From positions 32,001 to 96,000 of IMG/VR virus record IMGVR_UViG_3300008952_003220: a DNA stretch of 64,000 bases. The stretch is one strand, 5' to 3'. Each line of letters opens with the position of its first letter. Within the stretch, counting starts at the first letter, position 1. This DNA is from a virus. Positions 8,798-18,538 of the stretch are shown one piece after another. A program made the position numbers and the translations under genes. The notes under the pieces were generated by a model. That model saw only the letters and a list, made by a program, of their open reading frames with translations. It had not been told where the DNA came from and did no database searches.

Positions 8798-11700
8798 ATG
8801 TCTAAATTTAGTCAATTTTCTGTGCCTAAGCACTTTGCAGGCCTTCACGCTCATGATGGTAGTTCTGTCTATGATGGATTGGGATATCCAGATGAGCACA
8901 TCGATTTTGTGTTGCAAAATGAGATGAATGCCTTTGCTCTGACAAACCACGGCCACATGAATTCAGCTGCTCACGCACACAACTACTCAAAAAAGCTTAA
9001 GAATAAAGGTGTCAATTACAGGCATATCTACGGCTGTGAGTGCTACTTTGTTGACTCACTTGATGAGTGGAGTCAGGACTATCACGAGCACAGAGAGGCA
9101 GTGCGCCTGGAGCGAGAGGCTAAGAAGAAGGTTGCGCTTGTTGACACAGGCGATGAGAATGAGGGCCTTGTCATCGAGAATGAGGCAGAGTCAAAGAATG
9201 AGAGGGGCTCTTATCCTGCATGGAAGCGTCGGTATCACCTTGTCGTGCTGGCAAAGAACTACAAGGGGCTGCAGAATCTCTTTAGATTGGTCAAGAGATC
9301 ATACAAGGAGGGGTTCTATAGGTTTCCTCGTATCGACTATAAGATGCTTAAGGAGCACTCTGAGGGGCTTATTGTCTCAACAGCGTGCGTCGGAGGTAGG
9401 CCCTCAGGTCATATCTACCAGAGCTTCGAGGGTAAGAAGTTTGATGAGTTGACACCTGACCTTGTTGATGACCCAGCAGTTCTCAATTCTATCATGAGAA
9501 AGCTTGAGAACATGACAGATAGATTTGTTGACGCTGTTGGTGAGGAGAATTTTTTCTTAGAGGTACAATTCAACGACCTTGTTGCACAAAATCTTACAAA
9601 TAGGTGTCTAATTGAGCTTTCAAAGAGAACTGGGATTCCACTTCTTGCAACAGCTGACTCTCACTACTGTAATCCAGACATGTGGGAGGCACGTGAGATG
9701 TATAAACTTCTTGGAAGAATGGGGTCTCGTGGAGCTGAGATGCCCAAGATTCCTAAAAAGGAAGATTTAAAGTGTGAGCTCTATCCTAAAAATGCTAAGC
9801 AGATGTGGGATGAATTTGGAAAGAGTTATGGCAAATATGACTTCTACAAGGGAAGTGAAGATGTCGTTCGTGAAGCAATTGAGAGATCTCACGGAATTGC
9901 TTGGGACATGTGCGAAGAGGTCTGGTTTGACGGATCAGCAAAGCTTCCAAACTTCGGAACACCTGAGAAGCCCGCGTTTACGCAGCTTGTTGAACAGGTA
10001 AAGCAAGGGATGATCAAGGAAGAGCTTCATGATAAGCCTGAATACATTGAGCGAATCAGAGAGGAGATGTCTGTTATCAAGCAGCTTGGGTTTGAAAATT
10101 ACTTTTTGACCCTTACCAAGGTCTTTGAGAAGTCGCAGCACAGAACACTTCTAGGCCCCGGTCGTGGCTCCGGTGGCGGTAGCTTGGTCAACTACGTCCT
10201 AGGGATTACACACATTGATCCAATTAAATACGGGCTTCTGTTTGAGAGGTTCCTTGGCATTCACAAGGCAAGCTGGCCTGATATTGATTCTGATGTAGGT
10301 GACAGAGATGTTCTTATTGATGTCTCTAGAGATCTGTTTGGTGACGATGCTGTTATACCTGTTTCTAACTTTAATACCCTTAAGCTTAAGTCTCTTATCA
10401 AGGACATCGGCAAGTTTTATGGTATTCCGTTTGATGAGATCAATGCCCTAACAGGCCCGCTTGAAAGAGAGGTGATGCACCGAGCGATGGGTGATCACGA
10501 GGAGCGGTCAACTTATGTCTTGACCCACGAGGATTGTCTTAAGTATAGTGATGCCTATCTTGAATTTATGTCAAAGTATCCCAAGATTGCTGAGCACGTT
10601 CAGACACTTTTTATGGAGCCTCGGTCTATCGGCAGACATGCTGGCGGAGTCCTAGTTTGCCCTGATATTGAAAGTCACATGCCTGTCATCAAAGTGAGAG
10701 GTGAGCTCCAGACGCCATGGTCAGAGGGCATGAACTGGCGACATCTTGAGGAGAATGGGTTTCTTAAGTTTGACTTTCTCGGTCTGGCAACGCTGAAGAT
10801 GGTCGAGGATTCAATCCGTCTAATTTTAAGAAACCAGGGTGTTGAGAATCCTACCTTCGATCAGATCAATGAGTTCTTTGACGCTCATCTAAATAGTAGA
10901 TTTAATGCTATGGACGACCAGAAGGTGTGGAAGTATGTCTATCACGGTGGCAGGTTTGTTCAAATCTTTCAGTTTACCAACACCGGTGCTAGAAAGTTCT
11001 GCGTGGCAGCCAAACCTACATCTATTGAGGACCTTGCTACAATCACAGCAATCTATCGACCTGGCCCGCTGGCTGCAAATGTCCATAGGAAATACGTCAA
11101 GGCAGGCCTAAATCTAGATGAGATCACATACGACCACCCAGTTCTTGAAGAGCTGCTTAGCGAAAGTCGTGGGTTCGTTGTCTTTCAGGAGCAGTTCATG
11201 CTCATCGCTCAGAAGCTCTGTGGTTTTGACAAGGGTGCATCTGACAAGATGAGAAAGACGCTAGTCAAGAAGTCACTTGACATGAATGCTAAGAAGGCGC
11301 AGGAAAGGACAGATCTTAGGAAGAAGTTTATTACCGGTGCAGTTGAGCTATCTGACATGGATGAGAACAAGGCAGTTAAGCTTTATGAGACCATTGAGGC
11401 TTTCTCTGCCTACGGCTTCAACAAGTCACACGCTGTCGCCTATGCTGTTGACTCATACTACTCTGCCTGGTTGCACACTTACTATGAGAAGGAGTGGCTG
11501 GCAACGTGCCTGCAAACTTGGAATGGATCCAATAAGTTCGGCAAACTGATAAGTGAGATTAAGACTCTAGGATATAAGATCCTAAAGCCTGACATCAATT
11601 ACTCCTCAGATGTCTGGGTCTACAGTGAGGAGCGTGAAGGATTTGTTCCACCCTTGACAGCTATCAAGGGTGTTGGAAGCTCCGCAGTTGAGGAGATTAT

Positions 11701-12385
11701 GAGAAATCGCCCTTTTGCTAATTTTGATCAGATGCTCTTCACAGAGGATGGCAAGTGGAAGCCCTCTAAGATGAATAAGACCTGTTTTGACTCTCTTTGC
11801 AAGGTCGAGGCTTTTGGCTCTTTAGATGAGGTCTCTGGTGGTGCTGTAAGGAATCATCATCAAATCTATGAGATCATCGTTGGAAATTATGACCTGCTTA
11901 AGAAAGGTCGCCACGGTATGACAAAAACAGCGGCAAAGAAGCTAATGAAGTCGCAGGGCTTTGTTCCTAACTTTATCGAGGAAAAAATCATAGAAAACTA
12001 CGACCTTGAGGATTGGCCGCGTGCTGTTAAGATTGGCAACAGTGTTGACCTAATGGCAGGGGCAGACGAGGAGCTGGTCTTTCCGCCGCGGATCATGAAG
12101 AAGATAGAAAAGGCTCAGGTGCCTGCAATCACAGCACTGAGCGGCAAAGACAAGGGAATAGTCTGGTTCTGCATTCAGGAGATCCAGGAGAAGAAGACAA
12201 AGAACGGTAAGGTCTTCTATCGGATGCGAGTCTGTGATAATAACTCAGAAAGTGTCTGGCTACGTGTCTGGACCAAGTTTAAAAAGACCCCTGAGCCATA
12301 CACCATGTGGCTGTCTGAGGTGGCCTCTACTGAAAACTGGGGTTGCTCTACATCTTCCTACAAGATGAAGCAGTTAAGTGTATAA
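8798..12385 (+). CDS. dnaE: DNA polymerase III alpha subunit (DnaE type)
   Basis: PHP domain (HAH, TNHG, ADSHY), GRGSGGGS, FERFL, PDIDSD, KFDFLGL, YGFNKSH, HhH and OB fold. Confidence 0.97.
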   Translation: MSKFSQFSVPKHFAGLHAHDGSSVYDGLGYPDEHIDFVLQNEMNAFALTNHGHMNSAAHAHNYSKKLKNKGVNYRHIYGCECYFVDSLDEWSQDYHEHREAVRLEREAKKKVALVDTGDENEGLVIENEAESKNERGSYPAWKRRYHLVVLAKNYKGLQNLFRLVKRSYKEGFYRFPRIDYKMLKEHSEGLIVSTACVGGRPSGHIYQSFEGKKFDELTPDLVDDPAVLNSIMRKLENMTDRFVDAVGEENFFLEVQFNDLVAQNLTNRCLIELSKRTGIPLLATADSHYCNPDMWEAREMYKLLGRMGSRGAEMPKIPKKEDLKCELYPKNAKQMWDEFGKSYGKYDFYKGSEDVVREAIERSHGIAWDMCEEVWFDGSAKLPNFGTPEKPAFTQLVEQVKQGMIKEELHDKPEYIERIREEMSVIKQLGFENYFLTLTKVFEKSQHRTLLGPGRGSGGGSLVNYVLGITHIDPIKYGLLFERFLGIHKASWPDIDSDVGDRDVLIDVSRDLFGDDAVIPVSNFNTLKLKSLIKDIGKFYGIPFDEINALTGPLEREVMHRAMGDHEERSTYVLTHEDCLKYSDAYLEFMSKYPKIAEHVQTLFMEPRSIGRHAGGVLVCPDIESHMPVIKVRGELQTPWSEGMNWRHLEENGFLKFDFLGLATLKMVEDSIRLILRNQGVENPTFDQINEFFDAHLNSRFNAMDDQKVWKYVYHGGRFVQIFQFTNTGARKFCVAAKPTSIEDLATITAIYRPGPLAANVHRKYVKAGLNLDEITYDHPVLEELLSESRGFVVFQEQFMLIAQKLCGFDKGASDKMRKTLVKKSLDMNAKKAQERTDLRKKFITGAVELSDMDENKAVKLYETIEAFSAYGFNKSHAVAYAVDSYYSAWLHTYYEKEWLATCLQTWNGSNKFGKLISEIKTLGYKILKPDINYSSDVWVYSEEREGFVPPLTAIKGVGSSAVEEIMRNRPFANFDQMLFTEDGKWKPSKMNKTCFDSLCKVEAFGSLDEVSGGAVRNHHQIYEIIVGNYDLLKKGRHGMTKTAAKKLMKSQGFVPNFIEEKIIENYDLEDWPRAVKIGNSVDLMAGADEELVFPPRIMKKIEKAQVPAITALSGKDKGIVWFCIQEIQEKKTKNGKVFYRMRVCDNNSESVWLRVWTKFKKTPEPYTMWLSEVASTENWGCSTSSYKMKQLSV

Positions 12386-12389
12386 GGAG

Positions 12390-12396
12390 ATACTTA
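12390..12396 (+). promoter_or_regulatory. ATACTTA putative late promoter (class B)
   Basis: ATANTTA recurs just upstream of about 15 virion-type genes. Confidence 0.55.
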
Positions 12397-12416
12397 TTAT
12401 CTGAGTGTGCTACAGC

Positions 12417-14513
12417 ATGAAGATAACAAGAAGACATTTAAGAAGAATCATAAGAGAAGAGCTTCTTAGTGAGCAGTTTGCACAAGGCCTTGGGCACGAA
12501 CCTGGTGCAGAGCAGTATGCTTCTGATCCTGATCCCGAGACAGAAGCAGGGTGGATAGATAAGTGTTGTCACACATGGACACAGATAGATCCCCCGCCGG
12601 GTAAGATGGCACCATACTATGTTGATGCTTGTGGTAACCCAAGAGGTGAGCCCTACGTTGTGGGAGGAGAGCGCAAGTATTCATGCACATGGTCACGGGG
12701 TCCTGATGTTGACCTGGTCGATCGAATTGTAGACTTTGCTGCAGAAGAGGTCTTTCCAGATTTTATGGAAATTGCCATCGCAACACCGAAGTGGTTGTTG
12801 GACACCACAGTAGACATGGTTGTTGAAACAAGCAAGGATCTGCTAATCGTAGGAACAGTCATGACTACAAAGGGTGCTGTTCTTAAGACTGGAGTCATTA
12901 CACCAGAACAGTATGTGCAATCTCTTCTTAATCTTGCAGTCTTTGTCTTGCTGTGGTATGGCGGTCCAGTTGCATTCAGGGCTGCTGGCAATGTCCTTTT
13001 TTCTGCTCCGTCGACTGCTACAAACAGAATGGCTGGCGAGGCGGTAGAGAATTTAGTGTGGGCGAGAGCAAATACTTATTCTGATGACGTAGTAAGAGGG
13101 TCGTCAGATGCAGTGAAGTATACTGCTAAGACTATGGACGATGCGATTACTGCCTCTAGAAGCCCAGCTGCAGCCAGCCCGTCACAAAGAACAACGGCAT
13201 CACCTGATAAACCTGCAGCTTCTGTAGAGAGCCAGGCAGTAGATGAAATAATCCAGTCTCAGAAAGCAGCAGCAAGACAGGAGGCGAAATCTGAGCTTGC
13301 GAGAAGGAGCCAGGAAGCTCGAGCTGAATTAGGGACGGACGTCCCGCAACCTGTCGGAGAACCGGTTCCCCTGATTCTTAGAAGGCCCAGCTCGACGCAG
13401 CGGTCTGGGTGGGAAGACACTGTTAGAGTTGCTATGGGCGCATCTAAAAATCTTCCTGATATTGCATATACAACCTTTGCAAAAAAGCTTCTAGTTCGCA
13501 TAGCCCAAGGCTTGGAACGATCGTCCGCCGATGACATCATGGTCATATATCCAGATAACATCCCGACCAGGCCTCCCTGGCTCAGCAGCGAGCCGCCCCC
13601 ACTCAACCAGGTGTCGATCAGGCAGTTCACACTTAGTGATGTGATATCTTCTTGGGAGAGAATTCCCGGAAACCCTGCTGGAAAAGGGTTTAAGGATTTT
13701 GAGCCTGAATTGATTGCATTTAACATTAGGAATGTGCTGGCAAGAGAAGAGGCAGAGCAGCTGGCAGCACAGATGTTTGATCAGTTTCCAGTTATGTCAA
13801 GTGTATACGGGAAGCCATCTCGTTTTATTGATGAATTTTATAATAATTTTGCTATCAGAGTGGGACGCACTTCAATCAACAGACTTGGAGCTCAGTACCC
13901 AAATCATATCGAAATAACACCCTTTAGAAGTGGAAATGCTCTTTTAGATAAGTGGGTAGGAGGTAGACCGGGATCTAGGCCCCCTCCGCTACTCGGTGGG
14001 ACAAGACAGTTTATAGCCAATACCCTAGACGATAATTCTCGTGTCTATACACATGAGCTTGATCACTGGTTTAGAACAAAAGTAATCGAAAAGACAGGCG
14101 CAGACCCGAGCCGACAATACAGGGATGTCTACGACGCAGAAGGGATGGTCATCCGCGAGAACTGGCTAAAAAAATGGTGGGAGTTTGAGGCTGAGTTCAC
14201 AACAGTTCAGTTCAGGCTTTTAGACCAGATTGGATCAAAAGGTGCCACACCTGATGTCGTTAGAATACTCGAGAACCCAGTTGAATTTGAGAAATATTTT
14301 CTTGCAAATCTCAAAGGCATCACTGTAGATTGGGAAGAGCCTATCTATAATCAATTGATGCAGCGGATAAGGGGAAGGCTGTTTGATACTGAGAGAGGTC
14401 TTTACTGGGCTCTTAGAAGGGCTCTTGAAATTCCAGACCCACCAAGGAAGCCTCTTCCAGAAAATATCCAGATAAATTTGAGAAGATGGTCGACGTTAGC
14501 AGGCATAATTTAG
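12417..14513 (+). CDS. tagged putative virion protein with TM segment and C-terminal HExxH metallopeptidase-like domain
   Basis: Starts MKITRRHLRRIIREELLSEQ; hydrophobic LAVFVLLWYGG; THELDH followed by EFEAE. Confidence 0.65.
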   Translation: MKITRRHLRRIIREELLSEQFAQGLGHEPGAEQYASDPDPETEAGWIDKCCHTWTQIDPPPGKMAPYYVDACGNPRGEPYVVGGERKYSCTWSRGPDVDLVDRIVDFAAEEVFPDFMEIAIATPKWLLDTTVDMVVETSKDLLIVGTVMTTKGAVLKTGVITPEQYVQSLLNLAVFVLLWYGGPVAFRAAGNVLFSAPSTATNRMAGEAVENLVWARANTYSDDVVRGSSDAVKYTAKTMDDAITASRSPAAASPSQRTTASPDKPAASVESQAVDEIIQSQKAAARQEAKSELARRSQEARAELGTDVPQPVGEPVPLILRRPSSTQRSGWEDTVRVAMGASKNLPDIAYTTFAKKLLVRIAQGLERSSADDIMVIYPDNIPTRPPWLSSEPPPLNQVSIRQFTLSDVISSWERIPGNPAGKGFKDFEPELIAFNIRNVLAREEAEQLAAQMFDQFPVMSSVYGKPSRFIDEFYNNFAIRVGRTSINRLGAQYPNHIEITPFRSGNALLDKWVGGRPGSRPPPLLGGTRQFIANTLDDNSRVYTHELDHWFRTKVIEKTGADPSRQYRDVYDAEGMVIRENWLKKWWEFEAEFTTVQFRLLDQIGSKGATPDVVRILENPVEFEKYFLANLKGITVDWEEPIYNQLMQRIRGRLFDTERGLYWALRRALEIPDPPRKPLPENIQINLRRWSTLAGII

Positions 14514-14549
14514 CTTGAAAATTTAGCTGTCTATATGTTATAATGTAGC

Positions 14550-15455
14550 ATGCTTAGATTTCCTACCGCTACGTTGTTCATTGAAGGCCCAGATTGTTCT
14601 GGTAAAACAAGTCTCATCAATCAGATTCACGCTGAGACAAAGTACTCGTGGCACATAATGGATCGGTCTCAGTTCTCTAGGAAGCTTTTCTGCGATCTTT
14701 ACAATAGAGTTGTACCTACAGCTAGCGATGATCTTTACTTTGAGATGGGAAATCTTAATAATCGATATGTCTTTTTGCTTCCACCGCTTGATGCGATCTT
14801 AAGTAGATTTGAAGACAGGGGTGATGAGTTACATGATAAAAAGTCTCTGATCCAGGTCTACAAGACATTTGGAAAGCATGTTGAGAGAATTAGGACTTTT
14901 CCAAACGTTACTGTGATATACGATGAGCCTTCGGTTAAAGATCTCTCGAAAAGGGTGTGTACATCGCTGCACTTCACTGAGAAGCCGCAGCTAAGAGAGG
15001 TATCAGATCAGGTCATTGATCTTGTAGCTGTTAGAGGCGATGAGTCATATCCTGTAAAGTTTACCCTATACGATGATGGCAAGTTTGAAGAAGCAGACCC
15101 AGAAATTTTAAATTATAAGCCTGAGTCAGAATATTATCAGAGAATATTTTCTGAGCTGCACAATAAGATCACTGATGAGCTAGCTGGAAAGAATGAGTAT
15201 GACAGAGTTGAGGATCACACCTCAAGAAGGTTTGTCTACTCTGATAGCACCTGTATCTCTTTTATTCAGGTGGGAATTAGAGATAGAATTATGGACTTTC
15301 ACGTTGTGATCCGTTCTACAGATGTTAAAGAGATTTTTCCCTATGATTTAAAGTTTTTGTACTATCTTGCTTCAACGTGTTTTAATAGGTTTAATGACGT
15401 GTGCAATGGTGTTAGATTGAGATTTGACTTAAACTCTGCGCACATTATAAGATAA
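14550..15455 (+). CDS. fusion of a P-loop dNMP kinase and a minimal thymidylate-synthase-fold domain
   Basis: EGPDCSGKT and MDRS (kinase); SRR, CISFIQ, RSTD...PYD and SAHI (ThyA fold). Confidence 0.8.
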   Translation: MLRFPTATLFIEGPDCSGKTSLINQIHAETKYSWHIMDRSQFSRKLFCDLYNRVVPTASDDLYFEMGNLNNRYVFLLPPLDAILSRFEDRGDELHDKKSLIQVYKTFGKHVERIRTFPNVTVIYDEPSVKDLSKRVCTSLHFTEKPQLREVSDQVIDLVAVRGDESYPVKFTLYDDGKFEEADPEILNYKPESEYYQRIFSELHNKITDELAGKNEYDRVEDHTSRRFVYSDSTCISFIQVGIRDRIMDFHVVIRSTDVKEIFPYDLKFLYYLASTCFNRFNDVCNGVRLRFDLNSAHIIR

Positions 15456-15477
15456 AATTACATAAAGGAGCGCTATT

Positions 15478-16494
15478 ATGAAAAAGAAAGCATTGGTGAC
15501 AGGCGGCTGCGGATTTATTGGATCAAATCTATCAAAGAGTCTTGTAGAAGATGGGTGGACTGTTGATATAGTCGATGACATGTCATCAGGAGATCTAAAC
15601 CTTCTCTCAGGGACCAGCATGCGCGTTGTTCCTATTGATCTATTGAGAAACTATTTTGAATCCCCGGCAGCAGAAAAGAGAGAGACTGACCAGCTTTTAG
15701 TCATCCAGGGTGATTTCTCTCACCAAAATACGCTGACGCTAATCAGGGAGGGCAGATATGACGTTGTCTTTCACCAAGCAGCTATTCCAAGAGTTTCATT
15801 TTCTGTTGAGAATCCATCAGCTACGACAGATGTCAACGTAGCTTCTACAGTTAGATTGTTTGAAGCCTGCATAGACAATGTCAAGAGGATTGTTTGGGCA
15901 TCTTCCTCTTCTGTTTACGGTGGAGCTGATGTCATGCCAACGCCGACTACTGCACCAAGAAATCCCAAGTCACCATATGCTTGGCAAAAATCTACCATAG
16001 AAGATCTATCTAAGATGTTTTGTAATCTTTATGATATCGATATCGTCTGTCTGCGCTATTTTAATGTCTTTGGTCCGGGACAGCTAGCTGGAAGCCCCTA
16101 TTCCACAGCAGTTTCTGCTTGGTGTCACGCAATTAAGAATGATCTTCCCCTAAGAAGCGATGGAGACGGAACACAAAGCCGTGATCTGTGCTACGTTGAT
16201 AATGTTGTCAGTGCTAACATTCTTGCTGCTATTTCTGATACTGTTTTTTCCGGAAAGGCATACAATGTTTGTTGTGGAGATAGAACAAGCAATCGTGAGA
16301 TTCTGAACTTTTTAACTGAGAGATTTCCTGGTATAGATATAGAGGATGCCCCTTGGCGAACAGGAGATGTCATGCACACACAAGGTGATTGGTCTGCAGC
16401 AAACATTGATTTTGGATATGAACCTTTGGTAAAGTTTTGGCAAGGGATAGAGAGAACATTAGAGTGGTGGGAATTAAAAGAAGATGAGTTATGA
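15478..16494 (+). CDS. NAD-dependent nucleotide-sugar epimerase/dehydratase
   Basis: TGGCGFIG, SSSSVYG, YAWQK (YxxxK), LRYFNVFGP. Confidence 0.93.
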   Translation: MKKKALVTGGCGFIGSNLSKSLVEDGWTVDIVDDMSSGDLNLLSGTSMRVVPIDLLRNYFESPAAEKRETDQLLVIQGDFSHQNTLTLIREGRYDVVFHQAAIPRVSFSVENPSATTDVNVASTVRLFEACIDNVKRIVWASSSSVYGGADVMPTPTTAPRNPKSPYAWQKSTIEDLSKMFCNLYDIDIVCLRYFNVFGPGQLAGSPYSTAVSAWCHAIKNDLPLRSDGDGTQSRDLCYVDNVVSANILAAISDTVFSGKAYNVCCGDRTSNREILNFLTERFPGIDIEDAPWRTGDVMHTQGDWSAANIDFGYEPLVKFWQGIERTLEWWELKEDEL

Positions 16495-16912
16495 TACTAA
16501 AAAACATGTTAAGTCTTCATGGGTTTCAAGTGGAAACAATGGTCGGATTACTGAGAAACCCTGGGGATATGAGACATCTTGGGCTGGATTCGATGGAATT
16601 CATGGAAAGACTCTTTTTATATGTGAGGGAAAGAGAACCAGCCTAAAGTATCACACATTAAAATCAGAGGTGCTTTTTGTTAGATCTGGTCGTGCTGAGG
16701 TTGAATTCGGAGATGAGCTTTCTTTAACAGACCCAGTGGGACATCCTTTTAAAAAGGAAACTGTAACGCCAGGAAGCTGCTTACTAGCTCAAAGCGGATC
16801 ACCCTATAGAATAAAAGCTTTAACAGATTGTGAGATAATAGAAATAGGAAATCACCTTAGTGACAAACCTATTAGAATAGAGGATGACTATGGCAGAGCT
16901 AACTCAGAATAA
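16484..16912 (+). CDS. cupin (mannose-6-phosphate isomerase type II C-terminal-like)
   Basis: KPWG, TSLKYH..KSE and RIEDDYGR. Confidence 0.8.
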   Translation: MSYDTKKHVKSSWVSSGNNGRITEKPWGYETSWAGFDGIHGKTLFICEGKRTSLKYHTLKSEVLFVRSGRAEVEFGDELSLTDPVGHPFKKETVTPGSCLLAQSGSPYRIKALTDCEIIEIGNHLSDKPIRIEDDYGRANSE

Positions 16913-17471
16913 AAGGCAACCTGAATTTATTATATTTACGGGTCCGATGTTCGGGTCTAAGACAACTAAACTGCTGGCAGTTGTAGATAGATTTAGATAT
17001 CAGAAAAGAAAGGTCTTTGCATTTAAGCCCAAGATGGACGACAGGTATTCAAATACTGAGATAGTTACCCACTCTGGGGGAAAGATCGAAGCTGTCGGCA
17101 TCAGCACGGGAAATGAGGTTATATCGTTTTTACAGGATCTAGATGAGATGCCAGATGTGATTGCTGTGGACGAAGCTTTTATGATAGATGACATTTCTGA
17201 AGTTTTAGTCTATCTATTCAGGGGCGGAATTACTATCGTTGTTTCTTCATTGCAGCTGTCAGCAACAGGAAAGCCTTTTGAGGAGGTTAGGGATATGATG
17301 CCGTATGCTACAAAGATTGAAATCTGCCCAGCAGTTTGTACAATTTCAGGAGATGATGCATACTATACACATCGAAAGCTTGAAACTATTGATGAAATTA
17401 TTGTTGGGGGCGAAGAGCTATATGAGCCTAGATGTTGGAAGTATCACAGTTTCTTTAATATAGAGGGATAA
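16884..17471 (+). CDS. tdk: thymidine kinase
   Basis: GPMFGSKTT, VDEA, VGGEELYEPRC. Confidence 0.93.
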   Translation: MTMAELTQNKRQPEFIIFTGPMFGSKTTKLLAVVDRFRYQKRKVFAFKPKMDDRYSNTEIVTHSGGKIEAVGISTGNEVISFLQDLDEMPDVIAVDEAFMIDDISEVLVYLFRGGITIVVSSLQLSATGKPFEEVRDMMPYATKIEICPAVCTISGDDAYYTHRKLETIDEIIVGGEELYEPRCWKYHSFFNIEG

Positions 17472-17472
17472 T

Positions 17473-18510
17473 ATGACTCATGTTAAGCCAGGTAATGTTG
17501 ACTGTGTAATATACCACGCTGATTGTACAGACGGTTTTGGTGCTGCATATTCTGCTTGGAAGCTATTGGGAAATCGTTCTGAATATTACCCCTGTAAGCA
17601 TGGAACAGCTCCGCCAGATATTAAAGGAAAGACAGTTGCTATTCTTGATTTTTCTTTTGATAATGCAACTATTAAAAAGATGATTAAAGATGCTGAAGGG
17701 CTTATAGTGATTGATCATCATAAATCTGCAATGGTCGAGCTTCATGATATATCTAACACTCACTTTGATATGACCAAGAGCGGTGCAATGCTAGCATGGG
17801 AATTCTTCCACCCCGGAAAAGAATCACCAAAGTTTATTCAATATATTCAAGATAGAGATCTCTGGAAATGGGAGCTTCCATATTCTAAAGAATTTGCTGC
17901 AGCTTTTGATATGGTTCCTTTTGAGTTTGAAGAATTTGAGAAGTTCGAGGATGACTCTGTGTTTGATGATGCCATTAAGAGAGGATCGTATATACTGGCC
18001 TATAGTAAGACAGTTGTGAAGAAGGTTTGTGAAAAGGCAGTTTCTAGAAAGTACAAAGGAATGGATGTTTTAATTGTTAATTCATCACACTGGATGTCTG
18101 AGATTGGTGCACGACTATCACCTGATTGTGACTTTGCTGTAATTTGGTACTATGATCATAATGATAGAATCAATAAGATAAGTCTTAGATCTTTTCATGA
18201 TCATGTTGATGTTTCTGAGATTGCTAAGGATTTTGGAGGCGGCGGCCATAGAAAAGCTGGAGGCTTTCAAATAAGTGGAGAGCTTTGTGTCGATGATATA
18301 TTTGACATTGAAGAAGAGCAAGAAGAAGACGTAGTTGACACTTCTCAGGTTAAGGAAGAGATTAAAAAGCTAAAAGAGGAGTTACAGGAGAAAGGCGGTG
18401 ACGTCAAGGAAGAAGAATTTGAAAAGCTCGAAGAGCAGATAGAAAAGATTGCTAGTGGTAAATCTCTAGAAAGTGAAAATCACGATAGCCAGCAAGCAGA
18501 AGATAGATGA
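17473..18510 (+). CDS. DHH/DHHA1 phosphoesterase
   Basis: YHADCTDG, DHH and GGGGH; acidic tail. Confidence 0.9.
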   Translation: MTHVKPGNVDCVIYHADCTDGFGAAYSAWKLLGNRSEYYPCKHGTAPPDIKGKTVAILDFSFDNATIKKMIKDAEGLIVIDHHKSAMVELHDISNTHFDMTKSGAMLAWEFFHPGKESPKFIQYIQDRDLWKWELPYSKEFAAAFDMVPFEFEEFEKFEDDSVFDDAIKRGSYILAYSKTVVKKVCEKAVSRKYKGMDVLIVNSSHWMSEIGARLSPDCDFAVIWYYDHNDRINKISLRSFHDHVDVSEIAKDFGGGGHRKAGGFQISGELCVDDIFDIEEEQEEDVVDTSQVKEEIKKLKEELQEKGGDVKEEEFEKLEEQIEKIASGKSLESENHDSQQAEDR

Positions 18511-18538
18511 GACCAGAATGGGATGATCACATAATAAA

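Noticed and set aside
8798-12385. Intein or intron in dnaE
   Set aside because: Length and motif spacing are normal; no C...HN splice junctions or LAGLIDADG motifs were seen
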